A stretch of 64,000 nt of DNA from Bdellovibrionota bacterium (GTDB lineage Bacteria > Bdellovibrionota > FAC87 > UBA2466 > JACKAF01): the NCBI GenBank assembly GCA_041751875.1, contig JBGSIC010000032.1:41118-105117 (forward strand), given 5' to 3'. Positions 45,945 to 57,314 of the stretch are shown in pieces; the first letter of the stretch is position 1; every line of letters starts with the position of its first letter. The notes under the pieces were generated by a model that did no database searches, was not told the origin of the DNA, and saw only the letters and a program-made list of their open reading frames with translations. The translations under genes and the position numbers were made by a program.

Positions 45945-47198
45945 ATGGGAAAAATTTGGCGATCGATCTTTTCGAAGCGGATGCTTGCTGTCCTGTTTAT
46001 GGGTTTCGCTTCGGGGCTTCCTCTCCTCTTAATCGGCGGAACTCTTCGCGCTTGGATGAAAGATCAGGGCGTTGATCTCACCCTCATCGGCCTTTTCGCG
46101 CTGGTAGGCTTCCCTTACACATTGAAATTTTTGTGGGCGCCTCTGTTAGATCGTTTCGTTCCGCCCTTCCTCGATCGAAGGCGGGGCTGGATTGTCATCT
46201 GTCAGGCCCTGCTTGCGGTCTGCTTCGTGGCCATGGCTTTCTCCAACCCGGCCGCTTCCCCGTGGCCCATTGCTGTCATTGCCTTCTTTGTCTCGCTCTT
46301 TAGCGCAAGCCAAGACATTGTAGTCGATGCGTACCGACGAGAGATTTTAAAGGACGAAGAACTGGGCTTTGGATCGGCGCTTGCGGTAAATGGTTACCGC
46401 CTCGGTTTGCTGCTCGCTGGCGCGGGGGCACTCCCCATCGCCGACGCTTATGGATGGAAGGCGAGCTACTGCACGATGGCCGTCGCCATGGCAGTTTCCT
46501 TGGTATTTACGATTCTTTCACCCCGTGTGGATTCTAAAATTGCGCCTCCCAAATCGTTGCGAGAGGCGTTTGTCCAGCCGCTCGTGGAATATTTTTCCCG
46601 ATCGGGTGCGATTGAAATTTTGGTGTTTATCTTGCTGTTTAAAATCGGCGACCAGATGGCGAGCGACATGCTCAACCCCTTCTACTTGGACATCGGGTTC
46701 ACCAAAACGCAAATTGGAGTTGTTTCGAAACTTTTCGGATTTTGGGCAGTCATCGCGGGGGGCCTCATCGGAGGGGCCGTGATGATGAAGATGGGAATTT
46801 TTCGTTCTCTTTGGGTTTTTGGAATTTTGCAGGCTGCTTCGACGGTTTGTTTTGCGGTGTTGGCAACGGCGGGGCCTTCGGTGGCTATGCTTGCTACCGT
46901 CGTTAGTTTTGAAAATCTCTCGAGTGGAATGGGAACCGCGGCTTATGTGGGCTATATGGCAAGCCTCACCGATAGGCGCTTTACCGCGACCCAGTACGCG
47001 CTACTTTCCAGTTTGATGGGGGTGCCACGGGTGATTTTTGGTTCAAGCAGTGGCTATCTGGCCAAGCACTTGGGTTGGCCGGGCTTCTTCTTGTTTTGCA
47101 CGGTAATAGCCATTCCGGGTTTACTGCTCCTTTTAAAGCTTAAGCCTGGACCTTCAGAAGTGGCTCCTCGCAAAGCCCAGAAAAAAAAGAAACGCTAG
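45945..47198 (+). CDS. ampG: Muropeptide MFS transporter AmpG
   Basis: [29 protein letters not shown] and [10 protein letters not shown]. Confidence 0.92.
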   Translation: MGKIWRSIFSKRMLAVLFMGFASGLPLLLIGGTLRAWMKDQGVDLTLIGLFALVGFPYTLKFLWAPLLDRFVPPFLDRRRGWIVICQALLAVCFVAMAFSNPAASPWPIAVIAFFVSLFSASQDIVVDAYRREILKDEELGFGSALAVNGYRLGLLLAGAGALPIADAYGWKASYCTMAVAMAVSLVFTILSPRVDSKIAPPKSLREAFVQPLVEYFSRSGAIEILVFILLFKIGDQMASDMLNPFYLDIGFTKTQIGVVSKLFGFWAVIAGGLIGGAVMMKMGIFRSLWVFGILQAASTVCFAVLATAGPSVAMLATVVSFENLSSGMGTAAYVGYMASLTDRRFTATQYALLSSLMGVPRVIFGSSSGYLAKHLGWPGFFLFCTVIAIPGLLLLLKLKPGPSEVAPRKAQKKKKR

Positions 47199-48838
47199 TG
47201 GCGTAAGCTGGGCGCAGGCGCCTCAGTCGAAAGTTTCTTCGGGGCTTCTTCCTTTTTCAGTTTAGGACCCGCGTTTAAGATTTCAGCAGAGCAACCCTTT
47301 TCAAACTTTTGGAAGTTCGTAATAAAGAGCTGCGCGAGCCGTTGCGCTTTGGCATCGTACGCCGCCGGATCCGCCCAAGCATTTCGCGGCGACAGCACTT
47401 TTTCGGGTACGTTCGGGCAAGCCGTAACGTATTCGAAGTCGAATACGGGATCGCGCTTGGTGGGCGCGTCGCTTAGTTCACCTGAGTGAATGGCGTCGAT
47501 GATGGCGCGGGTGTGCTTTAGGGAAATGCGCGAGCCGACACCAGCGGCGCCGCCAGACCATCCCGTGTTAACCAGCCAAACTTGTGTGTTGTGCTTCTTC
47601 ATCTTTTCGGCGAGTAGCTCCGCGTATTTCGACGGGTGCCACACCATGAAGGCGGCCCCGAAGCAGGCCGAGAAAGTGGTTTGGGGTTCGGTGACGCCCA
47701 TTTCGGTGCCTGCAACTTTTGCCGTGTAGCCACTGATAAAGTGGTACATCGCTTGAGGTGCAGTAAGGCGGCTTACCGGAGGCAACACGCCAAACGCGTC
47801 GCAGGTGAGAAACACAATGTTTTTCGGGTGATCGCCGACGCACGGGATCTGAATATTCGGGATAAACTCGATCGGGTAGGAAGCGCGGGTGTTTTCCGTA
47901 ATTGAAATATTGTCGTAGTCCACCTTACGAGTGGTTTCGTCATATTTTACGTTCTCAAGCACGGTTCCAAAGCGAATGGCGTTGAAAATTTCGGGCTCTT
48001 TTTCCGCCGAGAGGTTTACGCATTTTGCGTAGCAACCGCCTTCGATATTAAAAATTCCTGTGTCCGACCAGCAGTGTTCATCATCGCCCACAAGCTTTCG
48101 AAGAGGATCGGCAGAAAGAGTGGTTTTTCCGGTTCCGGAAAGACCAAAGAAAAGAGAAAGGTCTTTCTTTTCCCCAATATTGGCTGAGCAGTGCATGGAG
48201 AGCACGCCCTTTTTGGGCATGAAATAATTCATGACCGTAAAAATGCCCTTTTTCATTTCGCCGGCGTATTGCGTTCCCAAAATGATGAGTTCACCGTCTT
48301 CGAAACTTAAGTCCACGCTCGTGGTCGACGTCATTTCGCGCGTGTAGCGGTTTGCGGGAAATTTGCCCGCGTTGTAAATCGTGTAGTCCGGCTCTCCAAA
48401 AGTCTTAAGCTGCTCGGCCGTCGGACGAATGAGCATGTTGTGCATGAAAAGAGCGTGGTAGGCGCGTGAGCAAATGACCCGCACCTTAATTTGGTACTTG
48501 GGATCCCAGCCCGCGTAACCATCGATGACGAATAGTTGAGGGCAGGTATTTAGGTAATCAATCGCGCGCTCGCGATTGATTAAGAAGGTTTGGCGTTCCA
48601 ACTTGATGTTAACCGCATCCCACCAAACATCTTTTTCACTGGGCCCACCGCTGACAATGCGTTTGTCCTTGGGGCTTCGGCCTGTCTTCTCACCCGAACT
48701 TACGATGAGGGCACCGGTGTCGGAAATGGCGCTTCCTTCTTCGTTTTGCAGAGCTTCTTCGTAGAGCCGTGCGGGAGTCGGGTTTCTCAAGACGCGTTTA
48801 ACGTTGAGACGATGGGAAGAAAGGTCGAAAGTTTCCAT
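47195..48838 (-). CDS. pckA: Phosphoenolpyruvate carboxykinase (ATP)
   Basis: [42 protein letters not shown] and ENTR; start uncertain (48838 or 48919). Confidence 0.97.
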   Translation of the reverse strand: METFDLSSHRLNVKRVLRNPTPARLYEEALQNEEGSAISDTGALIVSSGEKTGRSPKDKRIVSGGPSEKDVWWDAVNIKLERQTFLINRERAIDYLNTCPQLFVIDGYAGWDPKYQIKVRVICSRAYHALFMHNMLIRPTAEQLKTFGEPDYTIYNAGKFPANRYTREMTSTTSVDLSFEDGELIILGTQYAGEMKKGIFTVMNYFMPKKGVLSMHCSANIGEKKDLSLFFGLSGTGKTTLSADPLRKLVGDDEHCWSDTGIFNIEGGCYAKCVNLSAEKEPEIFNAIRFGTVLENVKYDETTRKVDYDNISITENTRASYPIEFIPNIQIPCVGDHPKNIVFLTCDAFGVLPPVSRLTAPQAMYHFISGYTAKVAGTEMGVTEPQTTFSACFGAAFMVWHPSKYAELLAEKMKKHNTQVWLVNTGWSGGAAGVGSRISLKHTRAIIDAIHSGELSDAPTKRDPVFDFEYVTACPNVPEKVLSPRNAWADPAAYDAKAQRLAQLFITNFQKFEKGCSAEILNAGPKLKKEEAPKKLSTEAPAPSLRH

Positions 48839-49142
48839 GGTGCTGCCCCTCTTATCAGAAGATAAGCGTAATTTATACCCTTCCGCCCCAAGACCGTCCA
48901 GATTTGGCAAAAGGCTCACTCAAAAAGTCAATTATTATGGCGCGTTACGTCAAGGGTGCAAAAAACCTCTTCGCCGCGTGGGAGGCCCCATCGAAGCGGT
49001 TTAGGCACGAAATGCGTGCGCTCAGTACAGCCCGGCTAGAAGTTCGGCGTTTTAGGCACGAGTTAGGCTGCATGGAGTCTAGCCACACGCTAGGGAAAAC
49101 TAAAACGCCTCCTTAATAATTGAGCGAGTTCAGAATGATATC

Positions 49143-50777
49143 GTGATGTTGGCGGAGTGTATGATGCACGTGGTTCGAGCCACATCGACTCTAATATTGC
49201 TGATTGCGGCGGTTTTCATTCTGGGCCGTTGTACGAACTTCGTCGGTCAGCTGAATCTCTACGCGTTTAATCGCGATACTAACCGCGATCGGATCATCGA
49301 TTTCATGGTGGTTTCAAATACGAACGCCACGATTTTTTCCGGCCTAACAAAACTCGTCACGCTTCCGCTCAATAACGGGAACTATGCTTTCAGCACATTG
49401 GGTAACCGAAACGCCGCTTTCATTGGAGATGTGAACGGGGATGCTTATGGCGATGTGTTGATTGGAAATCCGGGTAGCAGCACGGACTGTCCTATCACCG
49501 AAGATTTTCCTCAGGCTCGGTTTTGTGGAGAGGCCGTTGTGTACTTCGGTGGGCCCAACGGACCGAGTGCGAGTCGCACACTGCGGTTGAGTTATCCCGA
49601 CGTCGAGCACGATAGTGATAATCCCCAGTTTGGTTTTACCGCAGGCGCGGCCGGTGATGTGAACGGTGACGGCTTTGGCGACTTTTTTGTTGCAGCGAAC
49701 ACGGCGGACATCGGGAACGGGGAAACCGTAGCTTGTGTTGATTGCGGTAAAGTTTTTGTTTACTACGGTGCACCCAATACTTCGGGGTTCCGCTACTCTC
49801 GGCTTAGCAATCCCGACCTCGAGAATAAATTCCTCGGGTTCGGTTTTTCTAGCTCTTTCACGGGTGATCTCAATAACGACGGTTATTCCGATTTAGTTTT
49901 TGGCTCTTTAGATTCCAGGAACTGCACAGCTCCCAGCGAGGCGTGCACCGGACAGGCGAGCGTGTTTCTTGGCTCCGCCACGGGAATTAACCACCGCGCC
50001 AGGCGCACTTTTCGTTATCCAGGGACTGAATCAAATCCGCAATTTGGTGTCGGGATGGCCATTGGAGATTTTAACGGGGATGGTCAGTCAGACTTTGCGA
50101 TTGGTGCAAATGAGTCCCGTCTGACGTGTACGACGCTTTCCGGTGAGGGATGTGGTGCGGTGCTAGTTTATTATGGTTCCCCCGGTTGGTTGGATCCGAT
50201 AAAAGAAACGGCCATTGCTGATCTATCGGAAACGGCGCGAGTGGCACCTACTCCCGCATTCAACCTGCCCAACCAGATCATTGGATTTCCTGGTTCTACG
50301 GATAAGGAAAAAATTGATGCGACCGTCCTTTTTCCCAACCAGGCCTACTTCGGATTTACCTTGGCCGCCGCTGATATCAACGGCGATGGCTTAAGCGACC
50401 TAATTGTGGGAGCGCCGAATGCTGATTACACTCCGCCTGATTACGAAGGCGTAGATCCGTTGCCTACCGGAAGTATCGCCGGCGTAGGGCTGGGGTATGT
50501 TTTTTGGGGTGGCCGGGAAACTCAGCTGGGCGGAAGCCGATGGGACTTGCTGTTTCGTCCTACGATCACAGAGAACGGTTCAACGGATAACTTTGGAATG
50601 TCGTTGTCTGTTCCAGGGGATCTTAATGGGGATCGGCTTCCCGATGTCATTATAGGGTCACCCGGTTCAAGTCGGGTGTTAGTACGCTTAGGGTCCCCTG
50701 CCTTTCCCGCCAATCCTCAGCAGCTTTTGTTTCAGCCCCCCGTGCCCAGTCTGCTCTACGGTCGCAGCGTTCACTAG
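49143..50777 (+). CDS. FG-GAP (integrin alpha-like) repeat secreted protein
   Basis: Multiple GD(V/L/F)NGDG..D...GA repeats with FG motifs. Confidence 0.85.
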   Translation: MMLAECMMHVVRATSTLILLIAAVFILGRCTNFVGQLNLYAFNRDTNRDRIIDFMVVSNTNATIFSGLTKLVTLPLNNGNYAFSTLGNRNAAFIGDVNGDAYGDVLIGNPGSSTDCPITEDFPQARFCGEAVVYFGGPNGPSASRTLRLSYPDVEHDSDNPQFGFTAGAAGDVNGDGFGDFFVAANTADIGNGETVACVDCGKVFVYYGAPNTSGFRYSRLSNPDLENKFLGFGFSSSFTGDLNNDGYSDLVFGSLDSRNCTAPSEACTGQASVFLGSATGINHRARRTFRYPGTESNPQFGVGMAIGDFNGDGQSDFAIGANESRLTCTTLSGEGCGAVLVYYGSPGWLDPIKETAIADLSETARVAPTPAFNLPNQIIGFPGSTDKEKIDATVLFPNQAYFGFTLAAADINGDGLSDLIVGAPNADYTPPDYEGVDPLPTGSIAGVGLGYVFWGGRETQLGGSRWDLLFRPTITENGSTDNFGMSLSVPGDLNGDRLPDVIIGSPGSSRVLVRLGSPAFPANPQQLLFQPPVPSLLYGRSVH

Positions 50778-50834
50778 CTTTTTGTCTCCCCTTTCCATCA
50801 CTTGAAATAGTTGCCCTGTTCTCTTATAAAAACT

Positions 50835-50920
50835 CATCGCCGGGGGTGCCTCATTGGCTGAGAGAGCACGGCTCAACCCCAGAACCTGAACTGGTTTGAA
50901 CCAGCGGAGGAAGTGTGATG
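50835..50920 (+). ncRNA. TPP riboswitch
   Basis: GGGGTGCC..GCTGAGA..AACCC..GAACCTGA.CTGG..CCAGCGGAGGAAG upstream of thiM. Confidence 0.92.
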
Positions 50921-50963
50921 GACTTTCGAATCCAACTTTTACTCCCTTTTTTTAAAGGAACTT

Positions 50964-51791
50964 ATGTCTGATGGTCATTTTTCAGTAACCGCGGCATCCG
51001 TTTGGCAGGACATTGAGTTAATTCGCAGTCAAAGTCCGCTTATTCACAACATCACCAACTATGTGGCGATGAATATCAGCGCCAACGCGCTTTTGGCTTT
51101 GGGAGCCTCGCCCGTCATGGCCCATTCCCAGCAAGAGATGAAGGAGATGGTCAGCCACTCCGGGGCCTTGGTGTTAAATATCGGCACTCTTAGCCATCAC
51201 TGGGTAGAGTCGATGCAAAAAGCTGCTGACATTGCGATACAGAAGAAGAAGCCTGTTATTTTGGATCCGGTGGGATGCGGAGCCAGCCAATACCGCACCG
51301 ACGTGGCGCGCGAACTTCTGGAAATGAATCGCACTACCATTGTAAAAGCCAACGGGAGTGAAGTGCTTTCCTTGTGCGGAGGGTGGGGCGCCAACCGCGG
51401 GGTTGATTCCACCGTTTCCAGTCGACACGCTTGGGAACATGCACAGAAATTTTCGCGCGAACGTAATCTTATCGTCGTGGTAACAGGTGAGCGAGACTAC
51501 ATTGTAGCCGGGGATCGCAGCTGGGTAGTCAGAAATGGTTCGGCCCTTATGCCCAAGGTTACCGCGATGGGATGTACGGCAAGCGCCGTGGTAGGGGCTT
51601 TCTGCGCAGTAAACCCCATCTATTGGGTGGGTGCGGTACACGCCATGGCGGTGATGGGCCTGTGCGGAGAGATGGCTGAAAAACTTTGCCAGGGTCCAGG
51701 AACTTTTGTTCCTCACTTCCTCGATGCACTTTTTACGATCGATTTGGCCTACATCGAAGAGAACTTGAAGGTCGAGCGTCTTGACGCCTGA
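50964..51791 (+). CDS. thiM: Hydroxyethylthiazole kinase
   Basis: PLIHNITNYV, GASPVMA, NIGTL, LDPVG.GA and TAMGC. Confidence 0.95.
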   Translation: MSDGHFSVTAASVWQDIELIRSQSPLIHNITNYVAMNISANALLALGASPVMAHSQQEMKEMVSHSGALVLNIGTLSHHWVESMQKAADIAIQKKKPVILDPVGCGASQYRTDVARELLEMNRTTIVKANGSEVLSLCGGWGANRGVDSTVSSRHAWEHAQKFSRERNLIVVVTGERDYIVAGDRSWVVRNGSALMPKVTAMGCTASAVVGAFCAVNPIYWVGAVHAMAVMGLCGEMAEKLCQGPGTFVPHFLDALFTIDLAYIEENLKVERLDA

Positions 51792-53235
51792 TTTTTCACT
51801 TTACTTGGTGGTCCAAGCCGACGCGTGCGGCAAACGCGACATAAAAGAAGTGGTAGCCGAAGCTGTCGAGGGCGGAGTCAGCGCCGTCCAACTTCGCGAG
51901 AAGCACCTTTCGGATAGAATGTTTTGGAGTCTTGCCCGCGAACTCAAAACGTTGCTGGACCGAAAAGACATTCCCCTCATTATTAATGACCGCGTGGATG
52001 TGGCCCTGGCCCTAGGCGCTGCGGGGGTCCATCTTGGCCAGTCGGACTTGCCCTATTCCGTGGTGCGTTCGCTGCTGGGTCCCCACAGAGTGATCGGCCT
52101 GTCCGTCGAAAACGAGATACAGTTAAGAGAAGCCGATTTACTGCAACCCGACTACGTGGCGCTTAGCCCGCTTTTTGACACCGTCACAAAAAAAGATCTA
52201 GGTAAGCCCTGGGGAATTGAGGGACTCAGGCGTGCACGCAAGTTGACGGCTCTTCCTTTGCTGGTCATTGGAGGCGTGTCTTCTTCCAATGCGGCTGCCG
52301 TTAGAGCGGCCGGAGCAGACGGCATTGCGGTTGTATCGGCTATTTGTGGTGAGCCGAATGCTAAGATGGCGGCGACGGCTCTGAAGTCTGTATGGGGGGA
52401 AAGCGCTCCAAAGATGCGTCCCGTACGTTCCTATTACCGGGCACTAACTATTGCAGGCTCCGATAGCGGCGGGGGAGCGGGCATTCAAGCCGATTTGAAA
52501 ACTTTCTCCGCTCTGGGCGTTTACGGAATGAGCGTGATTACCGCGATCACAGCACAAAATACAACTTCCGTGACGGGCATTGCGGATTGCCCTGCGCAAG
52601 TCGTGTCGGCTCAGATTCGCGCGGTCCTAAGCGATATCGGTGCCGATGCCATTAAAATAGGGATGCTTTTTAACGAGCCCATTATTGAAGCGGTTGCGGC
52701 AGAGCTGAAACAATTTTCTTACACCAATACGGTATTAGATCCTGTGATGATCGCCAAAAGCGGTGATGCCCTTCTCCAAGAAAATGCTCGCGAGGCGCTG
52801 GTAAAACAGTTGTTTCCTCTGACGCGGATTTTGACTCCCAATTTGTTTGAGGCCGAGGCCTTACTCGGTCAAAAGGTGAGGACTCCCGAAGAGATGACGA
52901 GCGCGGCGAAAGCGCTAGCATCCCTAGGGCCTAAATCGGTGCTGCTAAAGGGCGGGCACCGAGACGCTAAACAGTGTGACGACTGTTTTTTTGATGCAGA
53001 AACGGGCGAGGTGAGGTGGTTTGAAGGCCCCCGCTTAGATACGAAAAACACTCACGGAACCGGTTGTTCGTTGTCGTCAGCTATCGCAGCGTTTTTGGCG
53101 AAGGGAGAGGCTCCGGTCGTGGCGGTGGGAAAAGCCAAACAATACTTGAGTGAAGCGATTCGGTTCGGGGCCGCCTATCGGCTAGGGGAAGGGCATGGTC
53201 CGGTCCATCACTTTTGGCCGTGGTGGGGAAACTAG
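51781..53235 (+). CDS. thiED: Fused thiamine-phosphate synthase and HMP/HMP-P kinase
   Basis: QLREK, INDRVD, GVHLGQSD, followed by TIAGSDSGGGAGIQADLKT and HGTGCSLS. Confidence 0.95.
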   Translation: MTPDFSLYLVVQADACGKRDIKEVVAEAVEGGVSAVQLREKHLSDRMFWSLARELKTLLDRKDIPLIINDRVDVALALGAAGVHLGQSDLPYSVVRSLLGPHRVIGLSVENEIQLREADLLQPDYVALSPLFDTVTKKDLGKPWGIEGLRRARKLTALPLLVIGGVSSSNAAAVRAAGADGIAVVSAICGEPNAKMAATALKSVWGESAPKMRPVRSYYRALTIAGSDSGGGAGIQADLKTFSALGVYGMSVITAITAQNTTSVTGIADCPAQVVSAQIRAVLSDIGADAIKIGMLFNEPIIEAVAAELKQFSYTNTVLDPVMIAKSGDALLQENAREALVKQLFPLTRILTPNLFEAEALLGQKVRTPEEMTSAAKALASLGPKSVLLKGGHRDAKQCDDCFFDAETGEVRWFEGPRLDTKNTHGTGCSLSSAIAAFLAKGEAPVVAVGKAKQYLSEAIRFGAAYRLGEGHGPVHHFWPWWGN

Positions 53236-53258
53236 TTAAGTCATTTACGAGGTCAGGC

Positions 53259-53963
53259 ATGTTCAAGGTCGTGTTTTTTGCGTTAGTTGTTTTTGTTGCG
53301 GCAAGTGCGCAAGCAAAAACCTTTTCGGAAGAGGCGTGGGCACGGGCTCGTCCCACTTACGATGCCATCCTCAAGCATCCGTTTATCACTGGCTTAGCCA
53401 GCGGTAAGCTCGCCGAGGATAAATTTATTTTCTATCTAGAGCAGGACGCTCGCTATTTAAATTGTTTCGCAAAAGCGCTTCTGGTGGTCGCGGAAGGATC
53501 TTCAGCCGAAGACGCCACCTTCTTCAAAAAAGAAGCGGAATCGTCCATTCAGGCAGAAAAGGGCGTGCAGGATGATTTTTTGAAACGGTATGGAAGAAAG
53601 ATTTCAGTCGGAATGGCCCCCACCAACACGGCGTACTGTAACCACCTAATTGCGAATGTAACTTTAGGAAATCGAGGAGCAAAGGTTGCGGCTTTATTGC
53701 CGTGTTACTGGGTGTACATGGAAGTCGGTAAGCATTTGAAGAAGGTAGCGGTGACGCCGAATCCCTACCAACGTTGGATAGCGATGTACGCTAGCCCGGG
53801 ATACGAAGACTCCGTGCGTAGAGTGATCGCAATTGCGGACAAACTCGCCAAAGAGGTATCGGCTTCGGAGCGTGAGGAAATGCTTTCGGCTTTCGAGCGC
53901 TCGGTGGTGTACGAATGGAATTTTTGGGACGCGGCTTACAACCTAGAGAAATGGAAACCGTAA
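53259..53963 (+). CDS. tenA: Thiaminase II TenA with N-terminal signal peptide
   Basis: HPF, YLEQD..YL, LLPCYWVY, YQRWI..Y and EWNFW. Confidence 0.88.
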   Translation: MFKVVFFALVVFVAASAQAKTFSEEAWARARPTYDAILKHPFITGLASGKLAEDKFIFYLEQDARYLNCFAKALLVVAEGSSAEDATFFKKEAESSIQAEKGVQDDFLKRYGRKISVGMAPTNTAYCNHLIANVTLGNRGAKVAALLPCYWVYMEVGKHLKKVAVTPNPYQRWIAMYASPGYEDSVRRVIAIADKLAKEVSASEREEMLSAFERSVVYEWNFWDAAYNLEKWKP

Positions 53964-53969
53964 AAACGG

Positions 53970-55985
53970 TTAAGGACTTTTCGTAACGGCTTTGCCGTCG
54001 AGTGCATCCAGACGTGAAAAAAGTGCCGCCACCATTTGCTTACGTCTCTCCGGGTCCCCCTTTGGTGGGCCGTCGTGCTTAATAATAAGCTCCGGGCCTA
54101 AGGCATTGAGAAAACGGGATGGAGCGACTTGCATCGCTTTTCCGTGCCGCTGACGGGAACGGGTGTGAGATAGAAAAAGCCTTTCCATCGCGCGCGTAAT
54201 ACCCACGTAAAAAAGCCGGCGCTCTTCGCTCACGTCAGAGCCCAATGTTTTGTGGGGAAGAATATCTTCCTCAACGCCCAAAAGATAAACGACGGGAAAC
54301 TCTAGTCCTTTGCACGCGTGAAGAGTTAAAAGGTTTACACGGTCTTCGTTTTCCTTGTGATCCACATTGTCTCGCAGTTCCATCGCCTCGATGAAATCGG
54401 CCAAGCCCTCCTGAACATTTACGGCGCGTTTTGCGAAGGAATCCATCACTTCAGCAAAAATTTGGAGATACTGCCAGCGGCGTCCCGCGACGACAGAATC
54501 TTTCGAATGTTTCTCAAGGTACTGCTTGTAACCAATCATCTGAAGAAAGGGCATGAACACGGTGCTAGGAAACTGGCCCGCTTGTTCGAGATCCATTTTC
54601 AATTTGAGAATCTGGCTCCAGAGGAGATCAATTTTCGCTCCGATGGAGGGCTCAATACCAAAGGTCCGCCATCCTTTTGTGGCTTTTACAAAAGAAATAT
54701 TGTGCGATTGGCAGTGGTTGCCAATTTTTTCCAGAGTGCTTTCTCCCAAACCGCGAGAAGGGGTGTTCCAGATGCGGCGAAGGGAAACGTCGGACGCCCG
54801 TAGTGCTGTGCGCAGGTAAGCAAGAGCGTCACGGGTTTCCTTGCGATCAAAAAAACCTGTTCCCCCGCTGATGCGGTAGGGAATTTCGCGTGAGCGAAGT
54901 TCTGCTTCCATCAGCGCGCCCTGGCTATTAGAGCGATAGAGCACCGCGAAGTCTTTATACTTTCTGCCGTTTTCTTTTTGCGAGGCGAGCTGAGTGCACA
55001 CATACTCCGCTTCTTCCTCGGCTGTATCGTAAACGGAGAGTTCGGGAAGGGCTTGTTCGGTCGTGGAAATACCGGGGCGCAAAGTCTTCGGGTGGCGTTG
55101 AGGATTTTGCGCGATGATGTGGTTCGCGAGCGCCAAGATGGCGGGTGTGGAGCGGTAGTTGGTTTCGAGTCGCACGAGTTTGCAACCTGTATAGAGACTT
55201 GGAAAATTTAATATATTCGATATCTTAGCGCCTCTCCAACCATAAATAGATTGGTCATCATCTCCCACTACGGAAAGATTTTTATGAGGCGCGACGAGCT
55301 TGTTAAGTAGCCGCATCTGGGTGCCGTTGGTATCTTGAAACTCATCCACCATGACCTGCTGGTAGGTCGACTGGAGCTGCTCGCAGATGTGGGCGTTGCT
55401 TTCCATCAGCTCGAGCGGGCGCAGCAGTAGGCCATCGAAATCTACCGCTCCGAGTAGCTGAAGCTTTCGCAGGTATTTGGGAAGTAACACCTCGGCGGCC
55501 ACTTCGTAGGCTTCGTCTTTTTGGGCTTTGGTTTGGCCCTTTTGGCGCCATTCCGAAATAAGACGCATCAGATCATCAATATCGTACCCGGCTTTGCCGG
55601 TGCGCAGGTCGCTCACGCATTCCTTCATCAGAGCCGCGCTATCCTTGGAGTCCACCACGGAAAAGAACTTCGGTAATCCAAGTTTCTCATGGTGCTTACG
55701 CAAGATCTGGAGTCCGAAGGAATGGAAGGTGCCTGCAAAAAGCCCTTCGGCCTTTCCTTTGAGTTTTCGAGTGACGCGCCCCTTAAGCTCTTTTGCGGCC
55801 TTGTTGGTGAAAGTGAGAACGCAGAGCTGATCGGGACGGACGATTCCTTCGCGTAGAAGGCGCTCGGTCCGAGAAACCAGCACAGTCGTCTTCCCGGAGC
55901 CGGCTCCGGCTAGGATAAGAAGAGGGCCCGTGTTGTGATCGACGGCGAGCTTTTGCTCGGGATTGAGGCGTTGACCGGAACTCAT
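53970..55985 (-). CDS. UvrD/Rep/PcrA family ATP-dependent DNA helicase
   Basis: AGAGSGKT, TFTNKAA, VDEFQDTN, GDDDQSIYGWRGA, NYRS, KGLEFP and EERRLFYVGITRA. Confidence 0.95.
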   Translation of the reverse strand: MSSGQRLNPEQKLAVDHNTGPLLILAGAGSGKTTVLVSRTERLLREGIVRPDQLCVLTFTNKAAKELKGRVTRKLKGKAEGLFAGTFHSFGLQILRKHHEKLGLPKFFSVVDSKDSAALMKECVSDLRTGKAGYDIDDLMRLISEWRQKGQTKAQKDEAYEVAAEVLLPKYLRKLQLLGAVDFDGLLLRPLELMESNAHICEQLQSTYQQVMVDEFQDTNGTQMRLLNKLVAPHKNLSVVGDDDQSIYGWRGAKISNILNFPSLYTGCKLVRLETNYRSTPAILALANHIIAQNPQRHPKTLRPGISTTEQALPELSVYDTAEEEAEYVCTQLASQKENGRKYKDFAVLYRSNSQGALMEAELRSREIPYRISGGTGFFDRKETRDALAYLRTALRASDVSLRRIWNTPSRGLGESTLEKIGNHCQSHNISFVKATKGWRTFGIEPSIGAKIDLLWSQILKLKMDLEQAGQFPSTVFMPFLQMIGYKQYLEKHSKDSVVAGRRWQYLQIFAEVMDSFAKRAVNVQEGLADFIEAMELRDNVDHKENEDRVNLLTLHACKGLEFPVVYLLGVEEDILPHKTLGSDVSEERRLFYVGITRAMERLFLSHTRSRQRHGKAMQVAPSRFLNALGPELIIKHDGPPKGDPERRKQMVAALFSRLDALDGKAVTKSP

Positions 55986-56061
55986 GGTGAATTTTCAATT
56001 TGCCACCGCCCCCAGAAGGCGTCAACAAACCAGGGAAAAGGTTTTTAAGTAGTGCGCTAGC

Positions 56062-57312
56062 TTACTTTCGCAGACTTCCGACGACAGGTCCTCGTGAGAG
56101 GCGAGCTAAGAGCTCTTGTTTGGGGGCAAGGTAGTAAAGCTGTGCCGGGTGCTTGACCACCGAGGCGTTGAGTTTTGCCTCCGGCCCGCGACCCCAGAAC
56201 AGGTCGACACGTCCGCCCCCTCGAATGGCTCCGCCTGTGTCTTGGTCGAGTACGAGTCGACTGGTGCGTTCCCACCCTGCCGGGGCTTGTAAGTAGGGAC
56301 CCTTGAACTGGGGCTTGGGAAAACTTAGGTACGCAAGCGCCCCTTTAGGGAAGTAGCGCGTATCGGTAGCAATTGTTCTTCCCGCCACCACTTCGGAACG
56401 AATGTAGGTGAGTGGTTTGCCATCAAGATGGCGGAAGAAAACATAGCTCGGATTCTGGTTTAAGATCTTATGCAGGTCATTGGAGGAGAGGGAGCGTAGA
56501 TGCGCCTCCAAAGTAATCAGATTGAGTTCCGACAGAGGAATGGCGCCGACGAACTTTCCGATAGATTCATACGGGTGCCCGTTCTGGCCATCATACCCAA
56601 GCCTGAGTTCCTTGCCACCTTCTAGGATTACCGTTCCCGAGCCTTGAATCTGGAGCAGAAATCCGTCGATGGGATCGACCCACGCAATTTCCAGCTTTTG
56701 CTTCTTTAGCGCCTTTTCGGTTTCAATTTCTTTGCGATCAGGAAAAGGAACAAGGCGCATTCTGCCGTCGGCATCTTTCTCAATGCGGCCTCGCATTTGG
56801 CGAATGCTCTGAAATCGATTCCCAAATTTTTCTAGGTCGACGTCTACCAAATCAGGTGGACGTAGTAGTAAAGGAGAGGAAAAGCGAGCCGTCCGCACCC
56901 GAGATCCTTCCAGTACGGGCTCGAAGTAGGAAGTCAGAAAAACTTCCGACCAGTCCTTAGTGCCATAAACCTCATAAACATCAAACCAGCGTTTCAACCA
57001 AGCCAGCGCCTCGTGGCGCGGTTTTGTTTTCGCGACTTGCATAAAGGCGCGCAGTCCCCGCGCATACTCCGTGGGGGCGTAGATTCGGCTGCCAAAAACT
57101 AGCGGATGAGGATAGGCGGGGGAGCCTTCAAACAGCGCGACCTGTTTTTCCATTGCCTCAACTAGGGGCCCTATTTCCAGATCATCCGAAAAAGTTTGAG
57201 AGAAAGTAGTCGGCCGGAGTGCGCCCCCGCGGTCTTTCAATACTTCGCGCGAGCTACACGAGGGGAACACTAGCGAGGAGAGTGAGATTAAGAGCAGAAG
57301 TCGAATGCGCAA
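56062..57312 (-). CDS. mltA: Membrane-bound lytic murein transglycosylase A
   Basis: Lipobox, TSYFEP, QIQGSG, NPSYVFF, QDTGGAI.G..RVDLFWG. Confidence 0.92.
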   Translation of the reverse strand: MRIRLLLLISLSSLVFPSCSSREVLKDRGGALRPTTFSQTFSDDLEIGPLVEAMEKQVALFEGSPAYPHPLVFGSRIYAPTEYARGLRAFMQVAKTKPRHEALAWLKRWFDVYEVYGTKDWSEVFLTSYFEPVLEGSRVRTARFSSPLLLRPPDLVDVDLEKFGNRFQSIRQMRGRIEKDADGRMRLVPFPDRKEIETEKALKKQKLEIAWVDPIDGFLLQIQGSGTVILEGGKELRLGYDGQNGHPYESIGKFVGAIPLSELNLITLEAHLRSLSSNDLHKILNQNPSYVFFRHLDGKPLTYIRSEVVAGRTIATDTRYFPKGALAYLSFPKPQFKGPYLQAPAGWERTSRLVLDQDTGGAIRGGGRVDLFWGRGPEAKLNASVVKHPAQLYYLAPKQELLARLSRGPVVGSLRK

Positions 57313-57314
57313 AA

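Noticed and set aside
47195-48838. Functional link between pckA and the GNAT-ppc fusion
   Set aside because: They are 33 kb apart in separate transcription units, and co-occurrence in a genome is ordinary.
49000-49061. 11-bp direct repeat TTTAGGCACGA in the pckA/FG-GAP intergenic region
   Set aside because: Only two short copies; could be an operator but there is no further support, and the overlapping small ORFs look spurious.
51781-53235. ThiE-ThiD fusion as a novelty
   Set aside because: Fusions of these thiamine enzymes are well known.
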